From positions 74,135 through 138,134 of the forward strand of contig CAZQVF010000001.1 of assembly GCA_964596735.1 (NCBI GenBank): 64,000 nucleotides of DNA, read 5' to 3'. The first letter of the stretch is position 1; every line of letters begins with the position of its first letter. Of the stretch, positions 1 through 9,800 are shown piece after piece. The notes beneath the pieces were generated by a model, which did no database searches, was not told where the DNA came from, and was given only the letters and a program-made list of their open reading frames with translations. The translations under genes were made by a program, and so were the position numbers. This stretch comes from an uncultured Gammaproteobacteria bacterium. Its GTDB lineage: Bacteria; Patescibacteriota; Patescibacteriia; UBA2591; UBA6264.

Positions 1-134
1 TTTTTATTTCAAGGGCAAGTTCACGTTATGACAAAATACTGGAAATTCTCTCAGATGAAGATGCAGAGTGGGTCACAGTTTATAGAAATTCAAAAAATAT
101 AGAGGAATCTTTTCTTGAACAAGTTAGAGAAATT

Positions 135-710
135 ATGGATAAATATTACACAACAGCAGAAGATTATTTCGAAGAAAGCTATTATAAACCAACAATTAAA
201 TATTTAGACCAAATATACAATTTAACAAAAAAGCAATATGAAAAGTTTTTGGGGAAAAGTAAAACAGGAAATCCTATAATGCTTTCCCAAATAATGAACT
301 CTTTATCAAGAATAGAAAAACTAAGAAATAGAAATTCTGTTATGAAACAAGAAAGAATTACAAAAGGACAATGGACAATTCTATTATTTTTGGGAACAAT
401 AATTATATTTAGTTTATTTTTTATGAGAACCCCAGAAATATTCTCTCAAATAACGACAATAATCCTATCTACAACAGTTGTTTTGGTTATTTTTCTCCTT
501 AGAGATCTTGAGAATATGAAACTTATTGGAAAATATGTTACTGTTGAATCTTCTCAAGAAATTCTTGACATGTTAGGCAAGCTAAGATATTATAACCAAA
601 AATTTGTCAAAGAAGGCTCTATTAAAATTCCAAAAAATCTTAAAAAATATAGGTTAGGACTTCACAAACCAGGCGAAGAACAAAAGATAAAAATAGTGAC
701 CAAAGAATAG
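135..710 (+). CDS. hypothetical membrane protein
   Basis: ORF with a central hydrophobic stretch (WTILLFLGTIIIFSLFF, TTIILSTTVVLVIFLL); no recognisable family motif. Confidence 0.4.
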   Translation: MDKYYTTAEDYFEESYYKPTIKYLDQIYNLTKKQYEKFLGKSKTGNPIMLSQIMNSLSRIEKLRNRNSVMKQERITKGQWTILLFLGTIIIFSLFFMRTPEIFSQITTIILSTTVVLVIFLLRDLENMKLIGKYVTVESSQEILDMLGKLRYYNQKFVKEGSIKIPKNLKKYRLGLHKPGEEQKIKIVTKE

Positions 711-801
711 TTCCCCTTGTAACCAATCAACACCAAAACCTTGTTAACCTTTAATTTCTCTTTTTCTTGTGCTTGAGAAAAAGAATAAATAAGACTATTA
801 T

Positions 802-1029
802 ATGTTTAAAATTAATTTAGATAAAAACAAATGTATTGGCTGTGGCACCTGTGCGGCTGTCTGTCCGGGTAATTATGAATTAGATAAGGACGGCAAGGCA
901 AAGCTTCTTAATGAAGAGGTTAAGTCTCTTGGTTGTAATCGAATAGCTGAAGAAACCTGCCCGGTCAAAGCCATTGTTATTAAATCAGTTGCTGATAAAA
1001 AAGAATCACAGAAAGAAAAACAAGAATAA
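802..1029 (+). CDS. small 4Fe-4S ferredoxin
   Basis: CIGCGTCAAVCP cluster motif plus a distal C...CP; 75 aa; directly upstream of the por genes. Confidence 0.75.
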   Translation: MFKINLDKNKCIGCGTCAAVCPGNYELDKDGKAKLLNEEVKSLGCNRIAEETCPVKAIVIKSVADKKESQKEKQE

Positions 1030-1041
1030 AATTTTAATTTT

Positions 1042-1608
1042 ATGTTTAAAGTGCGTATCCATGGCCGAGCCGGTCAAGGAGCAAAAACAACCGCTCAACT
1101 TTTAGCGGAAACGAGTTTAAAAGTGGGCAAGTTTGTTCAGGCTTTTCCTTCTTATGGGCCAGTGAGAACAGGTGCTCCAATGAATGCTTTTGTCCGCTTA
1201 AATGATCAACCAATTAATATTTATTCAGAAATCAAAGAGCCTGATGCTGTTTTGGTTATTGATCCATTGTTAATTGATATGGAGAATGTTGGAGCAGGAT
1301 TAAAAAAGAATGGTTTAATAATTGTTAATTCTGTTTATTCCAGCGATGTTTTAAAGAAAAAATTAATAAAAAAAGGACTTCATTCTCAAGTAAAAGTAAT
1401 TACTTTGCCGGCATCGAAAATTGCTTTAGAAATTCTTAAAAAGGATATTCCCAACACTGTTTTATTAGGAGCTTTGGTTAAGGCAACAGGGGTAGTTAAG
1501 CTAAATGATTTAATAAAAACAGTTAAAGATAAATTTAGTAAAAAGCTTGGTTCAGAATTAACCAAGGCTAATATTCAAGTAATTAAAAAAGGTTATGAGC
1601 AAGCCTAA
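1042..1608 (+). CDS. porG: pyruvate/2-oxoacid:ferredoxin oxidoreductase gamma subunit
   Basis: N-terminal IHGRAGQGAKTTAQLLAE signature of the gamma subunit; 188 aa. Confidence 0.8.
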   Translation: MFKVRIHGRAGQGAKTTAQLLAETSLKVGKFVQAFPSYGPVRTGAPMNAFVRLNDQPINIYSEIKEPDAVLVIDPLLIDMENVGAGLKKNGLIIVNSVYSSDVLKKKLIKKGLHSQVKVITLPASKIALEILKKDIPNTVLLGALVKATGVVKLNDLIKTVKDKFSKKLGSELTKANIQVIKKGYEQA

Positions 1609-1879
1609 ACAAGAAATTCTTCCAGGAGGAATAATTAACCAGCCTGGATCATCAAAAGATTATAAAACTGGGTCGTGGCGGACAAAACGACCAGTTTGGG
1701 ACAAAGATAAATGCACTCAGTGTGGTCTTTGTGTGAATTATTGTCCGGAAAATTGCATATTGTTTAAAAATGGCAAAAGAGGGGAAGCTAATTTTGATTA
1801 TTGTAAAGGATGTGGTATTTGTGCTCAGGTTTGCCCAGTTAAAGCTATTAAAATGATTAGAGAAGAACAAAAAAAATAA
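1595..1879 (+). CDS. porD: pyruvate:ferredoxin oxidoreductase delta subunit (2x[4Fe-4S])
   Basis: Two CxxCxxCxxxCP motifs (CTQCGLCVNYCP and CKGCGICAQVCP); 94 aa; overlaps the porG stop. Confidence 0.8.
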   Translation: MSKPKQEILPGGIINQPGSSKDYKTGSWRTKRPVWDKDKCTQCGLCVNYCPENCILFKNGKRGEANFDYCKGCGICAQVCPVKAIKMIREEQKK

Positions 1880-1927
1880 GAACCTGCTTTGCAGAACCTT
1901 GAAATTAAAAAACATTTTAATTGTAAT
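1879..1927 (+). promoter_or_regulatory. conserved CTTGAAATTAAA element, copy upstream of porA
   Basis: AGAACCTGCTTTGCAGAACC-TTGAAA-TTAAAAAACATTTTAAT-TGTAAT: -35-like TTGAAA, a 17-nt spacer, then a -10-like TGTAAT that abuts the ATG. Confidence 0.5.
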
Positions 1928-3103
1928 ATGACCAAGAATAAGTCAAAAACGATTACCAAAGCATTAACTGGTGGAGCCGCAGCTACTGAAGCAATGCGAC
2001 AAATAAATCCAGATGTTTTTGCGGCTTATCCCATTACCCCCCAGACTCCTATTATTCAGTCCTTTGCTCAAATGGCGGCTGACAAACGCGTAGACACAAA
2101 ATTTGTTTTAGTTGAATCAGAGCACTCAGCTATGAGTTTAGTAGTCGGAGCATCAGCCGCGGGAGGAAGAGCCATGACGGCTACGGCTAGTCAGGGATTG
2201 ATTTTAATGGCCGAGGTTTTACCAGTCGCCTCTGGAACTCGTCTACCCATTGTGATGAATATTGCTACTCGGGCTCTTTCGGCACCAATTAATATCCATA
2301 ATGACCATCAAGACGCAATGGCCGTACGCGACTTGGGATGGATTCAGATTTTTTGTGAAAACAATCAAGAAGTTTATGAAAACAATTTTCTAGCCATTCG
2401 TTTAGCTGAACATTCTCAAGTCCAATTACCGGTTATGGTCTGCCAAGATGGTTTTATTACTTCACATAACACAGAAGGAGTTGAGGTTTATTCAGATAAA
2501 GTAATAAAGAGGTTTTTAGGAGAATACAAACCCAAATATCCTCTTTTAAATTTAAAAAAGCCAGTTACCATTGGCCCTTTGGCCTTGCCTGATTATTATT
2601 TTGAAATTAGAGTCCAACTTGATCAGGCCATGAAACAGGCTAAAAAAAGATATTTAGAAATCGGTCAAGAATTAAAAAAGATTACTGGCCATGATTATCC
2701 TTATTTTGAAAAATATCACCTAGACAATGCCCAAGCCGTTATTGTTACTATGGGGTCTACGGCGGGCACCTCTAAGGTTGTTATTGATAAACTAAGAAAG
2801 CAGGGAAAAAGAGTAGGATTATTAAAAATCAATTTATTTAGACCATTTCCTTACCAAGAAGTTAACAAGGTCTTATCCAAAATTAAGTATATAGGAGTTT
2901 TAGAAAGGGCACTGGGCTTTGGCTCTTATTCTCCATTAGCCAGTGAGATTAGACATTGTTTATCTTTAAAACAAAAAGTTCAAGATTATACTTTTGGTTT
3001 AGGCGGTCGCGATATTGGACCAGGAGAAATAGAAAAAGCCTTTAAGCAATTATTAAAGGGCCAGATCAGTGACCAGATAAAATATATTGGTTTGAGAAAA
3101 TAA
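1928..3103 (+). CDS. porA: pyruvate:ferredoxin oxidoreductase alpha subunit
   Basis: ALTGGAAATEAMRQINPDVFAAYPITPQTPIIQ matches the PorA N-terminus. The ORF track starts at 1889 but that overlaps the conserved upstream motif, so the ATG at 1928 was chosen. Confidence 0.8.
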   Translation: MTKNKSKTITKALTGGAAATEAMRQINPDVFAAYPITPQTPIIQSFAQMAADKRVDTKFVLVESEHSAMSLVVGASAAGGRAMTATASQGLILMAEVLPVASGTRLPIVMNIATRALSAPINIHNDHQDAMAVRDLGWIQIFCENNQEVYENNFLAIRLAEHSQVQLPVMVCQDGFITSHNTEGVEVYSDKVIKRFLGEYKPKYPLLNLKKPVTIGPLALPDYYFEIRVQLDQAMKQAKKRYLEIGQELKKITGHDYPYFEKYHLDNAQAVIVTMGSTAGTSKVVIDKLRKQGKRVGLLKINLFRPFPYQEVNKVLSKIKYIGVLERALGFGSYSPLASEIRHCLSLKQKVQDYTFGLGGRDIGPGEIEKAFKQLLKGQISDQIKYIGLRK

Positions 3104-3111
3104 TCAAATAA

Positions 3112-3528
3112 ATGATTGTTGAGGTTAACAAATTAGTCAAATCTTGGATCAGTAAAAAGTTTTATTCTTTGGTTTTAAAACAAAGCGCTCATCTGCTCAA
3201 GGCAGAAAAGAAAATAGATAATCTTTCCGTTGCCTTAGTTAGTAGTCAAACTATTAAAAAACTTAACCATCAATATCGTCGAATTAATCAAATTACAGAT
3301 ATTCTTTCTTTTGATGACCCGCCTCAGATAATTATTTGCTGGCCACAATTAAAAAAGCAGGCCAAAGAACAAAAACATAGTCAGAAAAAAGAATTAGCTG
3401 TTCTTTTGGTTCATGGATTCCTTCATATTTTAGGGCATGACCATAAAAACAAAACGCAAGGAAATTTAATGGAAAAGCAGAGTGATAAAATTATCTCTTT
3501 GCTAAAAAAGAAAAAATTGGTAAAATAA
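3112..3528 (+). CDS. ybeY: rRNA maturation endoribonuclease YbeY
   Basis: TDILSFD and HGFLHILGHDH (H3xH5xH metal motif). Confidence 0.8.
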   Translation: MIVEVNKLVKSWISKKFYSLVLKQSAHLLKAEKKIDNLSVALVSSQTIKKLNHQYRRINQITDILSFDDPPQIIICWPQLKKQAKEQKHSQKKELAVLLVHGFLHILGHDHKNKTQGNLMEKQSDKIISLLKKKKLVK

Positions 3529-3551
3529 GATAAGAATAATCTATTAAAAAT

Positions 3552-4790
3552 ATGTCTCGTCAACAAACAATTACCGGAATTGATTTAGGTTCATCCACGA
3601 TTAGAATCGCGGTAGGAGAGATTCGTCCAGAAGGAGATCTGCATATTATTGGTTTAGGTGAAGGACCATCAGACGGTATTAACAAAGGAGTAATTACCAG
3701 CATTGAAGACACTGTTTCAAGTATTTCTGCTTGTGTTGAACAGGTGGAAAGAATGACTGGGCGATCTATTGAAGACGCCTATGTTGGAGTTTCTGGAACC
3801 CATATTATATCTCAAGAAAGTCGAGGCGTAGTAGCTATTTCCCGGGCTGATGGAGTAATCAAACAAGATGACGTTACTCGTGTTTTAGAGGCGGCTCAAG
3901 CTGTAGCCACTCCACCTAATTATGAGATTATCCATATTTTGCCCCGTAGTTTTTCAGTTGATAATCAAGTAGGCATTATGGACCCAGTAGGAATGACCGG
4001 TGTTCGTTTAGAGGTTGAGGCTCAAATTATTCTTGGACTTTCCAATCAAATTAAAAATTTAGGGAAGTGTTTTCTTCGAGTGGGTATGGGAATCAATGAA
4101 CTGGTTTTTGCAGTTCTTTCCACAGCCGAATCAGTTTTAGATAAAAGGCAAAAAGAACTAGGAGTTTTGGTTGTTAATATTGGTAGTAGTACGACAAGTT
4201 TTGCTGTTCTTGAAGAAGGAGATGTTTTAACCGCCAAGGTTTTACCCATTGGAGCGCGTCACATTACTAATGATATTGCTATTGGTTTACGTATTCCTGT
4301 AGATTTAGCGGAAAAAGTGAAAGTAAATTATGGAACCTCTTTATTAGAAAAAGTGGGCAAAAATAAGCTTATTAATTTCAAAGATTTAAGTGAAAAAGAA
4401 CAGGGAACGGCTTCACAAAAACAGGTTGCTAAAATTATTGAAGCCAGGTGTGAGGAAATTTTTAAAATGGTTGATAAAGAATTGGTCCGGGTTGATCGAA
4501 GTCGTAAATTGCCAGCCGGCGCTGTTTTAACTGGGGCGGGAGCCAAATTAGACGGCTTAGTAGAAACAGCTAAAAAAACATTTAAAATCCCTGCCTCTTT
4601 GGGCTTACCTCAGGGTTTTGTCAGTGGTATTAACAAGGCCTTTGATCCGAGTTTTTCTACAGCCGTTGGTTTAATTTTATGGGGTCATCGACCAGCGGGG
4701 ATAATAACCACATCACCACCTTTTTCCAAGATAGATTCGAAAATAAAGAAAGGGCTTAAAAGTATATTTAAGAGTATATTGCCTTATTAG
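3552..4790 (+). CDS. ftsA: cell division protein FtsA
   Basis: Actin-like ATPase N-terminus ITGIDLGSSTIRIAVGE; 412 aa; directly upstream of ftsZ. Confidence 0.9.
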   Translation: MSRQQTITGIDLGSSTIRIAVGEIRPEGDLHIIGLGEGPSDGINKGVITSIEDTVSSISACVEQVERMTGRSIEDAYVGVSGTHIISQESRGVVAISRADGVIKQDDVTRVLEAAQAVATPPNYEIIHILPRSFSVDNQVGIMDPVGMTGVRLEVEAQIILGLSNQIKNLGKCFLRVGMGINELVFAVLSTAESVLDKRQKELGVLVVNIGSSTTSFAVLEEGDVLTAKVLPIGARHITNDIAIGLRIPVDLAEKVKVNYGTSLLEKVGKNKLINFKDLSEKEQGTASQKQVAKIIEARCEEIFKMVDKELVRVDRSRKLPAGAVLTGAGAKLDGLVETAKKTFKIPASLGLPQGFVSGINKAFDPSFSTAVGLILWGHRPAGIITTSPPFSKIDSKIKKGLKSIFKSILPY

Positions 4791-4838
4791 TTATATTCTT
4801 GCACCTTTTCAAAAATATTTTAATTTTTTAAAATATAA

Positions 4839-4894
4839 GAACCTACTCACTACGTTCGTAGAACCTTGAAATTAAAATATATTGTATAGATAAT
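4839..4894 (+). promoter_or_regulatory. conserved CTTGAAATTAAA element, copy upstream of ftsZ
   Basis: AGAACCTACTCACTACGTTCGTAGAACC-TTGAAA-N17-GATAAT, about 50 nt before the ftsZ ATG. Confidence 0.5.
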
Positions 4895-4942
4895 AAGGTA
4901 ATTTAATTATAGGGAGAGGTTTCTTATATTTTTATTTTATAT

Positions 4943-6136
4943 ATGCCTAAAAAGATTAAGAAAAAATCAATAAAGAAACCAACTTCAAAGATAAAGGTAG
5001 TTGGAGTCGGTGGAGCAGGCGGTTCAGCCATAAAACGGATGCTTAAAGCTAAGATTCCAGGAGTTGAATATGTAGCGATTAATACTGATGTTCAGGCCCT
5101 ACAGGCAATCAGTGGTCGGGTTAAAAAAATTCGGATTGGCAAAGCCCTAACCAAGGGACTAGGGACTGGGGCAGATCCTGAATTAGGACAAGCAGCGGCT
5201 GAACAAAATACTCGAGAGATTAAAGAGTCGTTAAAAAATACTGACATTATCTTTATTACCGCCGGTTTGGGTGGAGGAGTCGGCACCGGGGCCAGTCCAG
5301 TAGTGGCTGATATTGCTGGAAAAACAAAAGCCTTAACTTTGGCCATTGTTACCAAGCCATTTGTTTTTGAGGGTCCGCAAAGAAAAGCGATTGCTGAACA
5401 GGGGTTGAAAAAACTTGTTAATCGAGTAGATGCTTTAATGACGATTTCCAACAACAAACTTTTACATACGATTGATCGTTCAACCCCTATTTTAGAAGCA
5501 TTTAATATTGCTGATGAAGTTTTAAAACAGGGTGTTCAAGGAATTTCTGATATTTTCAATGTTTCTGGATTAATTAATGTTGATTTTGCTGATGTCAAGC
5601 CAGTACTTCAGGGTGGAGGCATTACCATGTTAGGAATTGGCCATGCCAGTGGCAAAGACAGGGCGGCTCAGGCGGCAAAAAACGCTTTAAAAAATCCCTT
5701 AATGGATCTTTCTGCCAAAGAAGCAAATGGAATAGTTTTTATTATCACTGGTTCTCCTGATTTAAAAATGGCAGAGGTTAATGAAATTGCCGAGAGCATT
5801 ACTAAAGAAATGGATCCAATGGCAAAAATTGTCTTTGGAGCAGTGATTGATAAAGATTTAAAAGACGAAATAAAGGTAACCTTGATCGCTACTAATTATG
5901 ACCAAATAGGAAATTATGGTTTTAGTTTACAAAGCCTAGAAGACATGGAGGAAGAAGGATTAAGCCGACCTTTGGCCAAAGAAACAGAAAAAGGAAAGAT
6001 ATATGTTTATAGGGAAAAACAAAAGAAAGAAACCAAGAAGAAAACAAAAGGCAAAGAAGAAAAGGGACAAGAATTTAACTTTGAAGATGAGCTAGACATC
6101 CCTGCTTTTTTAAGAAAAAAATTAAAATCAAGATAA
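4943..6136 (+). CDS. ftsZ: cell division GTPase FtsZ
   Basis: Tubulin signature GLGGGVGTGASPVVA; VGVGGAGGSAI N-terminal GTP-binding region; lysine-rich N-terminal leader. Confidence 0.95.
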   Translation: MPKKIKKKSIKKPTSKIKVVGVGGAGGSAIKRMLKAKIPGVEYVAINTDVQALQAISGRVKKIRIGKALTKGLGTGADPELGQAAAEQNTREIKESLKNTDIIFITAGLGGGVGTGASPVVADIAGKTKALTLAIVTKPFVFEGPQRKAIAEQGLKKLVNRVDALMTISNNKLLHTIDRSTPILEAFNIADEVLKQGVQGISDIFNVSGLINVDFADVKPVLQGGGITMLGIGHASGKDRAAQAAKNALKNPLMDLSAKEANGIVFIITGSPDLKMAEVNEIAESITKEMDPMAKIVFGAVIDKDLKDEIKVTLIATNYDQIGNYGFSLQSLEDMEEEGLSRPLAKETEKGKIYVYREKQKKETKKKTKGKEEKGQEFNFEDELDIPAFLRKKLKSR

Positions 6137-6256
6137 GATGAGGTATTAAAAGTAAGGAGAAAAAGTTCCTTATTTTTTATTTTTTCCCAGTATTGACAAA
6201 ACCCTTTTTTTATGATATTATAACATTACTATAGTTAATAGGTTAAATTTAATTTT

Positions 6257-6595
6257 ATGGAGAATATTATTGAACAATTTATTCAAGGTATGATTAAAAA
6301 GGCTGGTATTGATAATATGCCAGAAGATTTTAAAAAAGAGTATACAGAAAAGTTGGCTGTTCAAGCTCAACAGCGCTTAGGCATGGTCGCTCTTCAAGAG
6401 CTTGACGAAAAAGGAGTCAAAGATTTTGAGGAATTTATGGGCAGAAAAGAATCACCAAAACCAGACGAAGTTTTGGATTTTTTTAATACTCGGATTCCTG
6501 ATTTTTCTACCAAAGTGGCTAAGACCTTAGAAGAGTTTGGCAATGAATTTATTCAAGGAGCGGCTAAATTAAAAGGAACAAAATTGAGCTCATAA
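6257..6595 (+). CDS. hypothetical protein
   Basis: 112-aa ORF, no recognised motif. Confidence 0.4.
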   Translation: MENIIEQFIQGMIKKAGIDNMPEDFKKEYTEKLAVQAQQRLGMVALQELDEKGVKDFEEFMGRKESPKPDEVLDFFNTRIPDFSTKVAKTLEEFGNEFIQGAAKLKGTKLSS

Positions 6596-6620
6596 ATTTT
6601 AATTATATTTTTACATTTTT

Positions 6621-6806
6621 ATGACCACACAAGAATCAAAAATTATTGCTGAAAAAATTAAGGAATTACAAGCCATTTATAATGAGTTTGTAAAAAAACT
6701 TGATGAATTAAGGGGCCAGAGGAGCAGCATTATTAACAATATTATTAAAAGAATTGAACACAAAAAAGTTCAGGAGAATTTGGATAAATTAAATAAAATA
6801 AAATAA
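6621..6806 (+). CDS. hypothetical small coiled-coil protein
   Basis: 61-aa charged helical ORF immediately upstream of the giant protein. Confidence 0.3.
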   Translation: MTTQESKIIAEKIKELQAIYNEFVKKLDELRGQRSSIINNIIKRIEHKKVQENLDKLNKIK

Positions 6807-6816
6807 ATTTAATTAT

Positions 6817-9800
6817 ATGATTAAAGAAAATAAAACCGGACCTGATAGGGGGGAGCCAGAGAATGAAAATCAGGAGGAGATATTTTCTCTTCAAAATAAA
6901 ATATCCATTAAGAGAGAAGCCCAAGAACAAAATAAGAGATTATTAAGAGGTAGTATCTTAGAAACAACAAATGCTCAAATTGACGAAGATATAGCCGAAT
7001 TAAACAGACAATTAGAGCAACTTGGGGTTAAAGAAGAAATCAGTCCAGAAATAGGAGTAGAAGCAATAGAAGATAGAAGGGTAGAGTTAATTCAAAAAGT
7101 AGATACGGAAAAACAAGAGTTTGACGAAGAAGGTGAATTAACCCCTGATCAAGAACAAGAGATAGCGCTAGAAGAAAGAGGGGGCTTAGTTGATATTAGC
7201 GAAAAAGCAGGCGTGGTTACCCAGAAAACAAAGGAATTATTGTCCAAAGAATTGGGTTATATTGATATTGAACCAAAAGAGATTTTTGAAAAGTTGACCC
7301 CAAAAGACTTAGATGAATTACAAATGTTAATGAAAGGGGGTAAAAGATTTGAAAAATTAGAACAAGAATTAGTTGCTTCAAGAAAAGAACTCCAAGATCT
7401 TGAAGATACTGGCATTTTTTTTAATAAAAAAGAAAAAAGAAAGAAAAAGGAGCGAATGCAAGAAATAAATCAGGAAATCAAGAAAAAAGAAAAAGAAATT
7501 AAAGAACTAAAGGAAGAGGGTAATAAAGAAGAAATAATTACTTTTTATAAAAATAAAATTAATGAAATCGCTGTTAGTCAGGGAATAGAAGAAAAATTGA
7601 CTGAAGAAAAGGCAGAAGAAATTGCTAAAAATTTACAAGAGACTATTCAACAGACCATAGATGCTCAAGCTCAAGAGGTGATAGCTAAATTTGGCTTGAA
7701 AAAGTTTGGTAAGATGGCTGGTGGAATGATTAAAAACATGGGTTTAATGTTCGGAGCGGCTGCTTTAATTGGTACCTTAGGTATAGCTACTGGTGGAGCT
7801 GGTGTGGTGGTTATGGCTGGTGGTATGGCTTTAACCCGTTTAATCGAAAAAAAGATTAGCGGAAAAATAAGAGAGGAAAAAGCGAAAAAAACCAAAGAAA
7901 AGTTTAAACAGAAATTAGAAAAAGAAAAAGACAAAGTTTTGGAATCTTTTTTTAAGGCCAAAGAAAAACTTAGAGAAAAGATGAGTGGGGTAATGAGTAA
8001 TGAAATTAGAAGACAAACCAGCAAAGAAGCCTCAGCTCTTTTAAGGGAATATAGAGACGCTAAAGTAAGTGGGAATACAGAAATTATAGAATCTAATTTA
8101 ACTGAGCTAGAAAAAGAGTTTTATTTAAGCGCTTTAACTAAAATTAAAGCAGAACATCCTAAAATTAAAGATGAGGAACAGCAGCACAATATGGCTATTC
8201 AAATGGCCATGAATTTGGCTCAATATGAAAGAGGAGAAATTGAAGGTAAGAAAAGGCTAGAAGATTTAAAAAAGGATAAACCAAAAGTTTATAAATTAGT
8301 TCAAAAATTTAATTTATTACGTAGTGGTGTTACAGATAAAAAACCAGAGGGAATGAGCAAGAAAGAGACATCACTTTGGAATAAATATAAATATGATTTA
8401 ACAAGCCTAGGAGTTGGTACGGCCATCGGTATGGCGGTTAGAACTAGTGAACTAGGTAGAGTAGCTTTTGGCGCACTTGGTGGTGTCGGGATGGGTTATA
8501 TGATGGGTGAGGCCGTGGGGAAAAGAGCAGAAAAGAAAGGGATTAAAGAGATTGAAAAAATGATTGATCAGGCCGAGGAAGTTATTGAAGACATTAGTTT
8601 TCCAGCTAATGAATTGCCTGATTTGCGAAAAAATGCCACCTTAGTTCAATCTAGATTAGAGCTAGGATTGTTAGATGTAGACCCTGTTCTTAAAAGTAGG
8701 GCTGAAAATTTTATTCATAATGTCAGGCAGGTAGAATTTGCTAATCAAAAAACACTTAATAAATTATTAGAACAACAAGAAAATAATAATAAAAAGTTAG
8801 AAAAGCAGGTTGAAAAAGATGTTACCAGAATTGAAAAGAAAACTAAAAGGCGAAGGATTTTGGCAATGGTTGGAGGAGGCTTGGCTGGTGGTTTAGCTGC
8901 GGGAGCCTTTACTGAAACAGGTAAGGATATACTTAAGGATATACGTGGATTAGGAGAAGAAGGACCAGGAATAGAACCAAGAGGGCCAGGGTCAATAGAG
9001 GGCGGGATAAAAGGAACTCCTTTTGTTGCAGCTGAATTTCCAAGCGCTCCTGATAGTTTATCTGATTCAGCTCAAGAAACATACAATCATTTAAAAAATA
9101 TTATTCAAGGAACTGAGGGAAAGCTTGGTCCAACTCTTGTCCGGGCTCAGGCTGAGGATGTGGCTGAACAATTAAAAACAGCTGCCCCTGAACAATGGGA
9201 AGAAATTTTAGAAAATTATAAAAGTGGAGATGTGGTTGAAGAAACAATTAAACAAGCATCTTCAGCCCCAGAAGCCCCTGTTCCAGAGCCGGAAGAGATA
9301 AAAATAGCCCTAAATTTAGAAAAGCCAGGAATTTCAATAGACGAATCTGCTTTTGCCAAAGAAATGCCTGAATTGGCAAATGAGCTTAAAGAATTAGAAG
9401 TAAGTTTAAAGTCATTTGACCAAAATACGTTTAACCAAATCAGAAATTTGACTGAATTAACTGACACTAATCCGGTTATTAGAGATCAGGCACTAGCGTT
9501 TTTAAAGAAATTTGAAGAAGGAGCACCTCAACTTCATGAACAAATGTTGAATGAATATGATAAAACCTTTGTTCCAGAAGCTCCAGCTCCAGAAACTCCA
9601 GGAGTCTCAGAAGAAGTTACCAAACCTTCATGGGAACAAGAAGTGGGCAGAGAAGAATTTGATTTAGAAAAGATTACTCAAGAACAATTTAATCAACTTC
9701 AAGAGAATCTTCAAGAACTTGGCCCCACCCAAGCTAAAGCAGATGCTTTGACCTTAATGGAGAAATTAAAAGAAACAGACATTGATAAATACCAGAAGAT

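Noticed and set aside
1652-1915. 87-aa minus-strand ORF antisense to porD
   Set aside because: Fully embedded antisense to a well-supported ferredoxin-domain gene; low-complexity F/N-rich translation typical of AT-rich antisense frames.
4046-4546. Minus-strand ORFs 4046-4249 and 4328-4546 inside ftsA
   Set aside because: Antisense to a conserved FtsA coding region.
5092-5457. 121-aa minus-strand ORF inside ftsZ
   Set aside because: Antisense to the highly conserved FtsZ GTPase region; Pro/Ala/Ser-rich translation arising from antisense glycine codons.
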